Below are positions 28,749 through 37,541 of a DNA stretch of 64,000 nt, piece by piece. Location: the NCBI GenBank assembly GCA_963726455.1, contig CAVSCK010000005.1, positions 224,001 to 288,000 of the forward strand, written 5' to 3'. This stretch comes from an uncultured bacterium (GTDB lineage Bacteria; Zixibacteria; MSB-5A5; CAIYYT01). The position numbers and the translations under genes were made by a program. Numbering within the stretch: the stretch's first letter is position 1; every line of letters begins with the position of its first letter. Below the pieces are notes generated by a model, which searched no databases, was not told the origin of the DNA, and worked only from the letters and a program-made list of their open reading frames with translations.

Positions 28749-30218
28749 TCACTTCTTGGCGGAAGGATCCTTGAGGTCTTCCTCGATTCCGGCCAACCGT
28801 TTGGCGACGGCGACGGATTTTTCCATTTCGGACGACAACCGGATAAACATCTTGGCGCCATCCGGTGAACCACCGCCATGCATGCAGCCGGGCACGCCGG
28901 CGCCCATCGTCGTCCATTCAACCAATCGCGCAGCACGAGCGCGCGTCTCGGCGGAGGCCGCGGCCTTCATGTATTTCCTGATCAGGTGACCGTAGGTCTC
29001 GTCGTTGAAGTCAACGTAAGACGGCATACAGCCGGTCTCGGCTATTCCACCGGCAATATCCTGCGCGATAATCGAGGTTTCATAAGGTAGCTTGGCCACA
29101 TGCACCTTGTTCACATTCGATAGCAGCATGTCGGGCATCCAGACTCCGGACGGATGTTTCTTGCCCAGCGCCGCCGCGGCAATGCCAACACCATAAGTGG
29201 TTTCATTGTTGACGACCATTTGGGTCAGGCGGTCGGCGAACACCTTCGATGACAGTCCGTTGGCACGCGCGGTCAGAACGGCGGCGCCAAGTTTAATGTC
29301 ACCCTGTCCGGCCACGCAACCGCCGATGGCGGCGCGATACGGCAGAATGAAATTGACAACGGCCTCGCCCGTGAACGCAAATTCACCCGCCATAAATACT
29401 CTCTCATTTGGAATAAAGACGTTCTCGAAGAACAGATATGCCTGTGTGATGCCACCGCTCTTGACGGGAACGTCGAACGATTCCGGAGCTTCTTCCTCGC
29501 GGGTATCGTTCGGGTGGCGGGCCTCGACGATTGTCAGGCCGTCGATGTCACGCGGGATCACGCACGAGACAGACCAGTCGGTATCCTCTTCCTTGTAGCT
29601 GCTGCCCGGCAGAATGAATATCTCATTGGCGGCGGCAATACCGCAAATCATCACTTTGGCGCCTCGCACGACTATACCATCCATGCGGCTCTCGACAATG
29701 CGCAGATTCATGTCGGGATCATCCTGCTGCGACGGTTTGCGCATACGGTCGCCTTTGGGATCGGTCAGCGCACCGGCAATAGTGATGTCGCGTTCCTGCG
29801 CAGATATAAGCCACTTCTTCATGCGGTCATGGTAACTCGTTCCCAGTTTTTGATCCATGTCATAGGTTGTCGCCCAGAGTGAATTGATCGCCGCCCAACC
29901 CGCGCAACGACCGCCGGTGCAGGTGCCGCTCCGATGGAACATCATTCGCTTCATTTTCGAGTTGGCAATCTGTTCTTCCAGAGAAGTGATAATCGACAGA
30001 TAACGGGAAATCGGCTCACCGGTCAGATGAGACTTGGTCGTCACCATGTCCTTCACTTCGGGGTCGTGCTGGGCGCTGTAGATTTGCGCATGCCCCTCGA
30101 CTGTCCAGCGCGTCGCCGGATGTGTGGTAACATCGGCAATCAGTTTACCGAACTTGTGGATGTTAGGGCGCATTGCGCGCAGACTCTGTTTGTATTCATC
30201 AGCGGTCTTTAGTGACAT
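28749..30218 (-). CDS. 4-hydroxybutyryl-CoA dehydratase (AbfD)/HpaB-family Fe-S flavoprotein with a divergent active site
   Basis: ALTDPKGDR, DPD..LRIVE...GIVVRGAK, FENVFIP.ERVF, DIAGG and MHGGGSP motifs; three cluster Cys present. Confidence 0.85.
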   Translation of the reverse strand: MSLKTADEYKQSLRAMRPNIHKFGKLIADVTTHPATRWTVEGHAQIYSAQHDPEVKDMVTTKSHLTGEPISRYLSIITSLEEQIANSKMKRMMFHRSGTCTGGRCAGWAAINSLWATTYDMDQKLGTSYHDRMKKWLISAQERDITIAGALTDPKGDRMRKPSQQDDPDMNLRIVESRMDGIVVRGAKVMICGIAAANEIFILPGSSYKEEDTDWSVSCVIPRDIDGLTIVEARHPNDTREEEAPESFDVPVKSGGITQAYLFFENVFIPNERVFMAGEFAFTGEAVVNFILPYRAAIGGCVAGQGDIKLGAAVLTARANGLSSKVFADRLTQMVVNNETTYGVGIAAAALGKKHPSGVWMPDMLLSNVNKVHVAKLPYETSIIAQDIAGGIAETGCMPSYVDFNDETYGHLIRKYMKAAASAETRARAARLVEWTTMGAGVPGCMHGGGSPDGAKMFIRLSSEMEKSVAVAKRLAGIEEDLKDPSAKK

Positions 30219-30392
30219 GGGATCCTCCGGGCCAGAGCGGTAGTCATCGACAGATAATATACTAAACTTGTACCCGTAGGGGGGCGGCTTTTTTCCGGCT
30301 TACGATGCCGGGCATCCTACACAAACTACGTCAAACACGGCTCAATCGGGACTTCAATTCCCTTGCCAAGCGGACGGTTCGGGCTTACCTTA

Positions 30393-30410
30393 TTGTGACA
30401 TCCGTCACAA
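30393..30410. promoter_or_regulatory. Palindromic operator TTGTGAC-N4-GTCACAA (Rex/CRP-type spacing) at the predicted glnA transcription start
   Basis: Perfect 7-bp arms, immediately after a TTGCCA-N17-TACCTT promoter (30363-30391). Confidence 0.65.
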
Positions 30411-30437
30411 GCGGGGCAACGACTGGAGACGAACGAA

Positions 30438-31850
30438 ATGAAGTTGGAACAAATTCAAAAGCTGGCAAAAGATAAAGGGGTTGAGTTCCTCGACCTGAAG
30501 TTTTGCGATCTGGTCGGGTCATGGCACCACGTGACCTTGCCGATTGATTCGCTGGAACCGAAGTTGTTTGAATCGGGCGTGGGCGTTGACGGCTCGTCAC
30601 TTTCGGGGTTTGCCTCGATCAAGCGCGGAGACATGATCATGATTCCGGATGCCACGACCGCGTTTATCGATCCGTTCTTTGAACGTCCGACGATTTCACT
30701 GCTTGGCAATATCATGGATGTCGACGAAATCGCCGAGCCATTCACTCGCGATCCACGGAGGGTTGCTGCGGCGGCTGAAAGCTTTGTCGGCAAGAACGTC
30801 AAGGGTTCGGTGCCAATTTTCGGGCCGGAGTTCGAGTTCTATCTGTTCGACCGCGTTGTTTACGACCAGCAGCCACAGAGTTCATATTACCAGATCGTCT
30901 CCGAAGAAGGCGGCTGGGTCGAGCCGGGCGAGGCCGACCAACTGGGTTACAAGATCGGCCATAAGCGGGGCTATCACGCGGCGCCACCGTACGACCGCAC
31001 CTATAATCTCCGCAATCAGATCGCGTCAATGTTGGCTGAAGCCGGCGTGGCGGTGAAATATCATCATCACGAGGTCGGAGGCGCCGGGCAGTATGAGTTC
31101 GAGGTTCGGTTTGCACCGCTTCTGAAAATGGCCGACCAGAGCATGCTGGTGAAATATATTGTCAAGAACGCCTGCTTCCGTGACGGGAAGACCGTGACGT
31201 TCATGCCCAAACCGCTGTATAACGAACCGGGTTCCGGCTTGCACGTGCATCACTATCTGACTTCCGCGACCGGCTCGCTGTTTTACGAAAAGAACGGTGC
31301 GCATCGTTTCTCGAAAGAAGGCCTGTATTACATGGGCGGACTGCTCAAGCACGTCGATTCGATTCTGGCATTCACCAATCCATCGTCGAATTCTTACAAG
31401 CGGCTGGTGCCCGGATTTGAGGCGCCGGTAGCAGGTACATTCTCGGTCGGCAACCGCACTGCCTGTATTCGGATACCGGGATATCAGCGCGACCCGAAAA
31501 CCATGCGTTTTGAATTCAGGCCTCCGGATGCCACAATGAATCCGTACCTGGCATTCGCGGCAATTGTCATGGCGGGAGTTGACGGCATCAAGCACAAGAT
31601 CGACCCCGGACCGGCGCTTGACAAGAATCTGGATCAGCTTTCAGAATCCGAGCTGGCAAAGCTGCACCAACTTCCGACATCTTTGGATGCCGCACTGAAT
31701 GGGCTCGAGAAAGACAACAAATACCTGCTGGAATCGGGTGTATTTACAGAAGACTTGCTCGAAAACTGGCTGATTCAGAAGCGCCGCGAGCTTGATACAC
31801 TCCGCCGCCAGCCGACTCCCGGCGAGTACGAGTTGTACTACGGCTGCTAG
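30438..31850 (+). CDS. glnA: Glutamine synthetase type I (GSI-beta-like)
   Basis: DGSS, GPEFEF, HHHEV, TFMPKP, GSGLHVH, SYKRLVPGFEAP, NRTACIRIP, EFRPPD; carries the beta-type insertion. Confidence 0.96.
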   Translation: MKLEQIQKLAKDKGVEFLDLKFCDLVGSWHHVTLPIDSLEPKLFESGVGVDGSSLSGFASIKRGDMIMIPDATTAFIDPFFERPTISLLGNIMDVDEIAEPFTRDPRRVAAAAESFVGKNVKGSVPIFGPEFEFYLFDRVVYDQQPQSSYYQIVSEEGGWVEPGEADQLGYKIGHKRGYHAAPPYDRTYNLRNQIASMLAEAGVAVKYHHHEVGGAGQYEFEVRFAPLLKMADQSMLVKYIVKNACFRDGKTVTFMPKPLYNEPGSGLHVHHYLTSATGSLFYEKNGAHRFSKEGLYYMGGLLKHVDSILAFTNPSSNSYKRLVPGFEAPVAGTFSVGNRTACIRIPGYQRDPKTMRFEFRPPDATMNPYLAFAAIVMAGVDGIKHKIDPGPALDKNLDQLSESELAKLHQLPTSLDAALNGLEKDNKYLLESGVFTEDLLENWLIQKRRELDTLRRQPTPGEYELYYGC

Positions 31851-31989
31851 CGGCATTGCTTCCTTGCTTATCCACCGGCTACCCGACCACCTTGCGCTCT
31901 TCTCACGGATGCCAGTTGGCCTATTATGCGTTCTAAGGAAATAATCTGGTACGAAGTAGGACGGGAATTGCATAGATTGATGTTTGACT

Positions 31990-32982
31990 ATGCCGGAAGA
32001 CATCACGCAAACTCACGTAGATATTATTCAGTTCCTTCGCGATAAGTCTGATTGGGTTTCGACAAAAGCTCTCGCCGGCCACTTCAAACTCACTACCCCT
32101 TCGGTGAACGAATCCTTGCGGGAGCTGCTGCGCTGGGGATATCGATTCGACACAAATCATCGGGGTGAGGTCAAGTTTCTTTCGGCGCCCGATATTTTGT
32201 TTGCACATGAGATTTGCCGCGGACTCAAGACCCAGGTGCTCGGAAAGACGATCTACTGCTTTCGCTCAGCCGGCTCCACCAATACTCTGGCGCAACGTTA
32301 CGCGATCAAAGGCGCACCGGATGGCACGGTCATCGTGGCGGGCAAACAGACTGCCGGACGCGGACGGTTGGGACGAACCTGGATTTCTCCACCGAAAGTC
32401 GGCATCTACATGTCGGTTATCCTCAGGCCCGATATTACTCCGGCACAGGCGCCGGGACTATCATTGGTTGCGGCGCTGGCGGTTGCCGAGGCAATTCGCG
32501 AGTACCCTCAACTCACCGCAACCATCAAATGGCCGAATGATGTTTTGATCAGCGGCAGGAAAGTTGCCGGCGTTCTGACCGAGTTGTCTGCCGAGTTGGA
32601 CCACGTCTTGTTCGTGATAGTCGGTATCGGTATCAACGCCAACCATCAGAAGCAGGACTTTCCGGATACTCTGGCAGACAAGGCGACATCATTGCGAATC
32701 GCGTGCGGTGATGTTGTTGATCGAAGCGCCGTGGTCAGAAACGTGCTGCACCATCTCGAAAAGAGATATCTGCAATTCGTCAAACACGGATTGAAAGACC
32801 AGATCAAGGCTATCAAAGACGCGTCCTCGATACTCAGTCACACGATCAACTTCCAACAAGACGGCAAGACCGCTCATGGTACAGCCGTCGATATTGACAC
32901 CGACGGCGCACTGATCGTCACGAGCGGCAAACGAACCATCAGATTATTGTCGGGCGAAATCACCCTCAAGGAGAACTACTGA
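31990..32982 (+). CDS. birA: Bifunctional biotin--[acetyl-CoA carboxylase] ligase / HTH repressor
   Basis: N-terminal wHTH; STN, QTAGRGRLGRTW, KWPNDV, KVAGVLTE, GIGIN. Confidence 0.94.
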   Translation: MPEDITQTHVDIIQFLRDKSDWVSTKALAGHFKLTTPSVNESLRELLRWGYRFDTNHRGEVKFLSAPDILFAHEICRGLKTQVLGKTIYCFRSAGSTNTLAQRYAIKGAPDGTVIVAGKQTAGRGRLGRTWISPPKVGIYMSVILRPDITPAQAPGLSLVAALAVAEAIREYPQLTATIKWPNDVLISGRKVAGVLTELSAELDHVLFVIVGIGINANHQKQDFPDTLADKATSLRIACGDVVDRSAVVRNVLHHLEKRYLQFVKHGLKDQIKAIKDASSILSHTINFQQDGKTAHGTAVDIDTDGALIVTSGKRTIRLLSGEITLKENY

Positions 32983-32984
32983 CC

Positions 32985-34430
32985 TTGTCCGCCTCGTCCA
33001 AGCGCAACATCCTCTTTGCCTGCGCCGCACTGGTAATTCTGTTCGCTTTGGTTGAACTGACTCTGCGGTTGGTCGTCCAAGTGTCCGTGGATTATCTGTC
33101 GCAAAATGATGATGTCAATTACGAGTATAAGCTCTGGCAGATGCACCTCTTTGACTCGGCGATGGAGATGCAGGAATTTGACCCGGACCTGTTCTGGAAA
33201 ATGAAACCGGGGTACCGGTCGCCATTTGTCTATATCAATAGCGACGGATTTTCGGGACCCGAAATCCGTGAGCGTCAACCCAACGAATTTCGCGTTCTGT
33301 TTCTTGGCGACTCAACACCACTGGGCGTCGGCTTGCCGAAATCGACCGGCTCGTTTGTGTGGCAAACGCGCGCGTTGCTCCAGGATGCCATGCCGGATCG
33401 GGCCGTGGTTGTGATCAACGGATCCGCCGCGGGATACACGAGTTGGCAGTGCCGCAAACTGCTGGAGTTGAAAGGCGATGAATTGAACCCGGATCTCGTG
33501 ATAACCTACTTCGGAAATAACGATGCATCCTACAATGGATATCTTTCTGACCGCGAGCTCTACAATCTGACTCGCCGCTACGGCGCGGTCAACCGCCTGC
33601 TGGCGAAAAGCTACACTTATCAGTTGATCAAGAGCATCGCTTTGAAGGTCAAGTCGGGCGTTCCGGCGGACGCAAAGCTCAAGGAAAGAGTCTCCGTGAG
33701 CGAATTTGGAGATAATCTACAGGCAATCAGGAATTGGTGCGAAAACCACCAATGTAAACTGGCAGTGTGTTCAATACCGACTCCTGATCTCTGGCCGCCC
33801 GGTATTCAATTCAAGGTTTTCACCGGCGGCAAGGATGCTTCCGGCAGACTCGTGATGGCCGAAAGCATGCAGAAGGACCTGGCGGAGTCGTGGAACTTGT
33901 GCCTCGACACTCTCCTGCTTCCGGGAGTGACGGACGTGTGGTCGAGTCTCGTCTACAAGTCGGGTAATGGCGATACAAAGTCGCCCGAACAACTGGAGAA
34001 ATCCTGTCGAGAGCAATTGAGGTCAACTCCCAATGATCCTCGGCTACTGAACAATCTCGGAGTTGCCCTTTGGCGCCAGGGACGGGACTCGCTGTCCTAT
34101 TTTCGACAAGCGCTCGAGATTGACAGTCTGAACCCGGCGCCCTGGTACAACCTTGGGATCGAAGAATATCATTCTGACTCGCAGCAAGCTGTCAGGTGCC
34201 TGGAGCAGGCAAAGGAACTGGATCGATACTCGTTACGCACCAAAGCGGCTTACAATCAGAAACTGCGGGACTTCTGCACTTCCCGTGAGGTCACCTTTAT
34301 CGACCTTGTGAAAGATTTCGCAGGTTTACCGGAGACGGAATACTTCGTAGACCATTGTCATCCGACAGCCAAAGGTCACGCATTGATAGCTCGCGAAATT
34401 GCCGAGGCAGTAACCGGCACGGCGCGCTAA
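32985..34430 (+). CDS. Membrane-anchored SGNH/GDSL hydrolase with inserted TPR repeats
   Basis: N-terminal TM; LGDST, G.ND and DHCHP blocks; NNLGVALW / WYNLG TPR segment. Confidence 0.8.
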   Translation: MSASSKRNILFACAALVILFALVELTLRLVVQVSVDYLSQNDDVNYEYKLWQMHLFDSAMEMQEFDPDLFWKMKPGYRSPFVYINSDGFSGPEIRERQPNEFRVLFLGDSTPLGVGLPKSTGSFVWQTRALLQDAMPDRAVVVINGSAAGYTSWQCRKLLELKGDELNPDLVITYFGNNDASYNGYLSDRELYNLTRRYGAVNRLLAKSYTYQLIKSIALKVKSGVPADAKLKERVSVSEFGDNLQAIRNWCENHQCKLAVCSIPTPDLWPPGIQFKVFTGGKDASGRLVMAESMQKDLAESWNLCLDTLLLPGVTDVWSSLVYKSGNGDTKSPEQLEKSCREQLRSTPNDPRLLNNLGVALWRQGRDSLSYFRQALEIDSLNPAPWYNLGIEEYHSDSQQAVRCLEQAKELDRYSLRTKAAYNQKLRDFCTSREVTFIDLVKDFAGLPETEYFVDHCHPTAKGHALIAREIAEAVTGTAR

Positions 34431-34699
34431 CGTAGTATTCACGATCTACTATCATTCTCGTCAGGATATACCTAATCGCTTGTCAGGTATGGCCCTCTGG
34501 CTCAGACCGCTGCCGGCATACCGGCTGCGCGGCGTCAGTCCCGGCGAAAAAAGTGGTTGACATTGGCCGGACGTTGTATTAAATAGCCCGCTCAGATTTC
34601 GGCGCTGGGACGTGTGTCCGCGGATCTGAGTGGGAGAGTGCTATCGCATTCATTTGATAACGAAAATTAGAAAATTTCAGAGGTACTAAAGGAGAATCT

Positions 34700-35830
34700 A
34701 TGAGAAGGATTTGCCTGCTACTGTTGTCTGTGGCCGCTTTTCTCTTTGTTACGAATCCGTTGTCAGCAGCCGAAACCAAGTTTAGTGGCGTGATTTTCGG
34801 CAACTGGACACTGCATCTTAATGACCAGGGGCTGTCGAAGAATTACAATTACTTCGATATCACACGCGCCCGTCTGATCGTCGATCATCAGTTTAGTGAC
34901 AAGTATTCCGCCAATATGATGCTTGACCTGGTCCCGCGCGACACGGCAGATCCCAGCGCCGATCGATTCGGCCTGTCATATCGTTTACGTTCCGCCTACA
35001 TCCAGGGCGACAAGCTCGTCCGCTATACCACGTTCCGCCTTGGTCTGCAGGGAATTATGTGGTTTGACAAGCTGGAGAATTTCTGGGGCCTGCGCTATAT
35101 CGATAAAGTATCTTTGGACAAGTTTGGTTACCTCGACCGCGCCGACTTCGGCGTTAGCGCCATTATGGATTGCCCGGGCAACTATGGTACCGTAGCACTT
35201 CAGATCTTCAACGGTTCCGGCTATGCCGGTCGCGAGGCAAATCGGAACAAGGATTTTGTCGGCTTCGCGTCGTTCAACCCCATGCCCAAGAATCCTGACT
35301 TCGGCGAATCCAGTGTTTGGTTCCAGTATTACAAGGGCTGGCCGAACATTGCAAACACTGCCCCTGCCGGTGAAAGCTTCCATTCCATTACCAAGAGAGA
35401 CCGTTTGCAGCTAGCGGGCGCCTTCAAGTACCGTAAGTGGGCGACCGCAGTAGCGGAATACTTCCATACGTCGGATGACAATATTCCGACTAATCTTCCG
35501 GGTAACCTAGACGTGCAGAAAGCCAAGGGCGTGTCGCTGCTGGGCAAGCTGAATGTTGCCACTGCGGAGTCCTGGCTTGCCAGAGTCTATATTTTCGCCA
35601 AGTATGATTGGATCGATAAGAACTTGCAGCTTGACAAGTCGCTTGAGCCGTTTGCCTCGCAGGCGGGCGACGCGCGCGGCATTATCGGCGGTGTCGGTTA
35701 CGAGCCGGTCGACGGTTTGAATATCGCCTTGTCAATTTCGCGTTTGACCACCAAGTTGAACGATCGGAACATAGCCGTCGTGGAAGACGAAAGAAACTCG
35801 TTCGTCTTCAATTTCAGCGCAGCTTTCTAG
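34700..35830 (+). CDS. Outer-membrane beta-barrel protein (putative porin)
   Basis: AAGGAG RBS; signal peptide; FDITRARL motif; amphipathic strands; terminal Phe. Confidence 0.75.
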   Translation: MRRICLLLLSVAAFLFVTNPLSAAETKFSGVIFGNWTLHLNDQGLSKNYNYFDITRARLIVDHQFSDKYSANMMLDLVPRDTADPSADRFGLSYRLRSAYIQGDKLVRYTTFRLGLQGIMWFDKLENFWGLRYIDKVSLDKFGYLDRADFGVSAIMDCPGNYGTVALQIFNGSGYAGREANRNKDFVGFASFNPMPKNPDFGESSVWFQYYKGWPNIANTAPAGESFHSITKRDRLQLAGAFKYRKWATAVAEYFHTSDDNIPTNLPGNLDVQKAKGVSLLGKLNVATAESWLARVYIFAKYDWIDKNLQLDKSLEPFASQAGDARGIIGGVGYEPVDGLNIALSISRLTTKLNDRNIAVVEDERNSFVFNFSAAF

Positions 35831-35850
35831 ATTCTCAATCAGGTGATACC

Positions 35851-35887
35851 AAAAGGCCCGGTCAGATTTGACCGGGCCTTTCTTTTT
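35851..35887 (+). terminator. Intrinsic terminator of the porin gene
   Basis: AAAGGCCCGGTCA-GATT-TGACCGGGCCTTT followed by CTTTTT. Confidence 0.85.
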
Positions 35888-35891
35888 GAGC

Positions 35892-35923
35892 AAAAAAAGA
35901 GAGCGGCAAGTGCGCTCTCTTTT
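35892..35923 (-). terminator. Intrinsic terminator of the candidate sRNA
   Basis: Minus strand reads AAAAGAGAGCG-CACTTGC-CGCTCTCTTTTTTT; separate from the porin terminator. Confidence 0.8.
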
Positions 35924-36058
35924 GATGGGAAATAGTCCTGACCCTGTCGTCAGGTCTTCCTTAACAAAACTTGGCTAAATATCAGTGACAGACCCTGTCG
36001 CCTGCCCACTCGTCTTGTCGCTGTTCCCTCCTAGCAAAATGTGAACGTGCTCCCCCGT
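35892..36058 (-). ncRNA. Candidate sigma-54-dependent small RNA (~165 nt) with two identical GACAGG-loop hairpins
   Basis: Has its own -24/-12 promoter (36069-36084) and terminator (35892-35923); repeat GACCCTGTCG at 35940 and 35991; no well-placed start codon. Confidence 0.65.
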
Positions 36059-36068
36059 TATCTATGCA

Positions 36069-36084
36069 TGCAAATTTCGTGCCT
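36069..36084 (-). promoter_or_regulatory. Sigma-54 (-24/-12) promoter
   Basis: Minus strand reads AGGCACGAAATTTGCA, one mismatch to TGGCACG-N4-TTGCW. Confidence 0.75.
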
Positions 36085-36211
36085 CAGAGTTTGCACTCGG
36101 AGTCAAGATACTGATACAATGAGAGTTAGATGCAGAGGGAGGGTTTGGTCACCGACCCGGTTTTCCCAGGAATGTATGCAAAAGCGACGCTGTCTTTCAC
36201 ACTTGCCTGAA

Positions 36212-36227
36212 TTGTCATGCATGACAA
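36212..36227. promoter_or_regulatory. Perfect 16-bp palindrome TTGTCATGCATGACAA; candidate enhancer (bEBP UAS)
   Basis: About 130 bp upstream of the -24 element; an extra TTGTCAT half-site lies at 36279. Confidence 0.55.
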
Positions 36228-36360
36228 CGGATTAATGGTTACCGCCACCGTCGAGAATCCGAACAAGGTTGGCACTGTTTGTCATACGATATAAGTAGAC
36301 ACAGTCACGCGCTGTACGAATGTGCTTGAGCAACGAAATAACGGACGACAAACTGTGGTA

Positions 36361-36789
36361 TTACTTGAACAGGGCTTTGATCTTGCCCCAGGTGGACAGG
36401 CGGACATCCAGAGTGGTTTCGACGCGCAGGTCAATCTTGAGGTTGTCTGCAGTCGGCGAGAACGTGGGCTTGGCGTTTCGCCCGTTCAGCTTGACCTGTA
36501 TTACGTCGGCGATTGACCGATAGCCCTTTATATCGGGCCTGGAAGGGTCGTATTCGGGAATGCGAAGTTCAAAATTGCCGTTATCCTGAGTTTGCACCTC
36601 GGTGATCTTGTCCTCGCCAATGAATGCAGTCAAAGGCAGGCCCTTGTCGGCAGGGCGACCAAGGAATTGAATGGTGCCGGTTACGATGCAGACATTGGTA
36701 AAGAACAGCGCCTTGGCAGCCGCTGAACAGAGTAATGCCAGCATCAGGCACAAAACTACAACTTTGAAGCGCTTTAAGGAATGCGTAAT
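36361..36789 (-). CDS. Small secreted protein with C-terminal STWGKIKALFK tail; start uncertain (possibly ATT at 36789)
   Basis: Signal peptide KRFKVVVLCLMLALLCSAAAKA; beta-sandwich-like body; TWGxIK tail; AGGAG 5 nt before ATT. Confidence 0.7.
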   Translation of the reverse strand: MTHSLKRFKVVVLCLMLALLCSAAAKALFFTNVCIVTGTIQFLGRPADKGLPLTAFIGEDKITEVQTQDNGNFELRIPEYDPSRPDIKGYRSIADVIQVKLNGRNAKPTFSPTADNLKIDLRVETTLDVRLSTWGKIKALFK

Positions 36790-36845
36790 GACTGCTCCTG
36801 CAACTAATCTCCCCTGGTACAAATTACGTGTATGTCCAAAATGTG

Positions 36846-37502
36846 TCAAGTTTTTTTGCGATCGGTCCGGCGGGGCAAATTGTTAACCAGCGAAAATGAC
36901 AGGTACTCCAGTTCCATCGCCATATTCTCGGTGCGAATAAACACATCGTCCGGAACTTTCAACTTGATGGGTGCAAAGTTGAGAATGGCTTTGATCCCGC
37001 AATGCACGACATGGTCTACGATTGCCTGCGCCGATGACGCCGGCACGGCCAATATGACCATCTCGATCTTATTCTCGTTTAGTTGCCGCTCAAGGTCGTC
37101 CATACCCAACACGGTGATGCCCTTGTGATTGGAGCCGATCTTGCGCTGGTCATTGTCGAACAGAATCTTGATATTGAACCCCTGCCGGGAGAATTCCTTG
37201 TAGGATACGAGTGCCGAACCGATATTTCCCACGCCTACCAAGGCTACGCTCCAGGTGCGGTCGATCCCGACGATGCGGGCGATCTTTTCTTTCAATTCCC
37301 TGACCGGATAACCCAGACCACGTGTGCCGAAAGAGCCAAAGAACGACAGATCTTTGCGAACTTGAGCCGGAGTCAGCTTTTCGCGGCGCGCCAATTCCTT
37401 GGAGGAGATGGTGTCGAAGTGTTCACGCTCCAACTGGGTCAGGGCACGGTAATAGTGAGAAAGTCGCTGAATTGTTGACTCAGATATTTTGCGTTCTTTC
37501 AT
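36846..37502 (-). CDS. rex: Redox-sensing transcriptional repressor Rex
   Basis: TIQRLSHY.R.L, QVRKDLSFFGSFGTRGLGY, VGVGNIGSAL, AILNFAP. Confidence 0.97.
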   Translation of the reverse strand: MKERKISESTIQRLSHYYRALTQLEREHFDTISSKELARREKLTPAQVRKDLSFFGSFGTRGLGYPVRELKEKIARIVGIDRTWSVALVGVGNIGSALVSYKEFSRQGFNIKILFDNDQRKIGSNHKGITVLGMDDLERQLNENKIEMVILAVPASSAQAIVDHVVHCGIKAILNFAPIKLKVPDDVFIRTENMAMELEYLSFSLVNNLPRRTDRKKT

Positions 37503-37541
37503 TTACTTCCTCGCATCAGTTTTCGCCGCTAAAGTGGTCTG

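Noticed and set aside
30393-30410. GlnR/TnrA box upstream of glnA
   Set aside because: The spacing is N6, not the N7 of TGTNA-N7-TNACA.
35950-36009. 19-codon GTG ORF inside the candidate sRNA
   Set aside because: The nearest AGGAGG is 17 nt upstream and the GTG is buried in a stem; not fully excluded.
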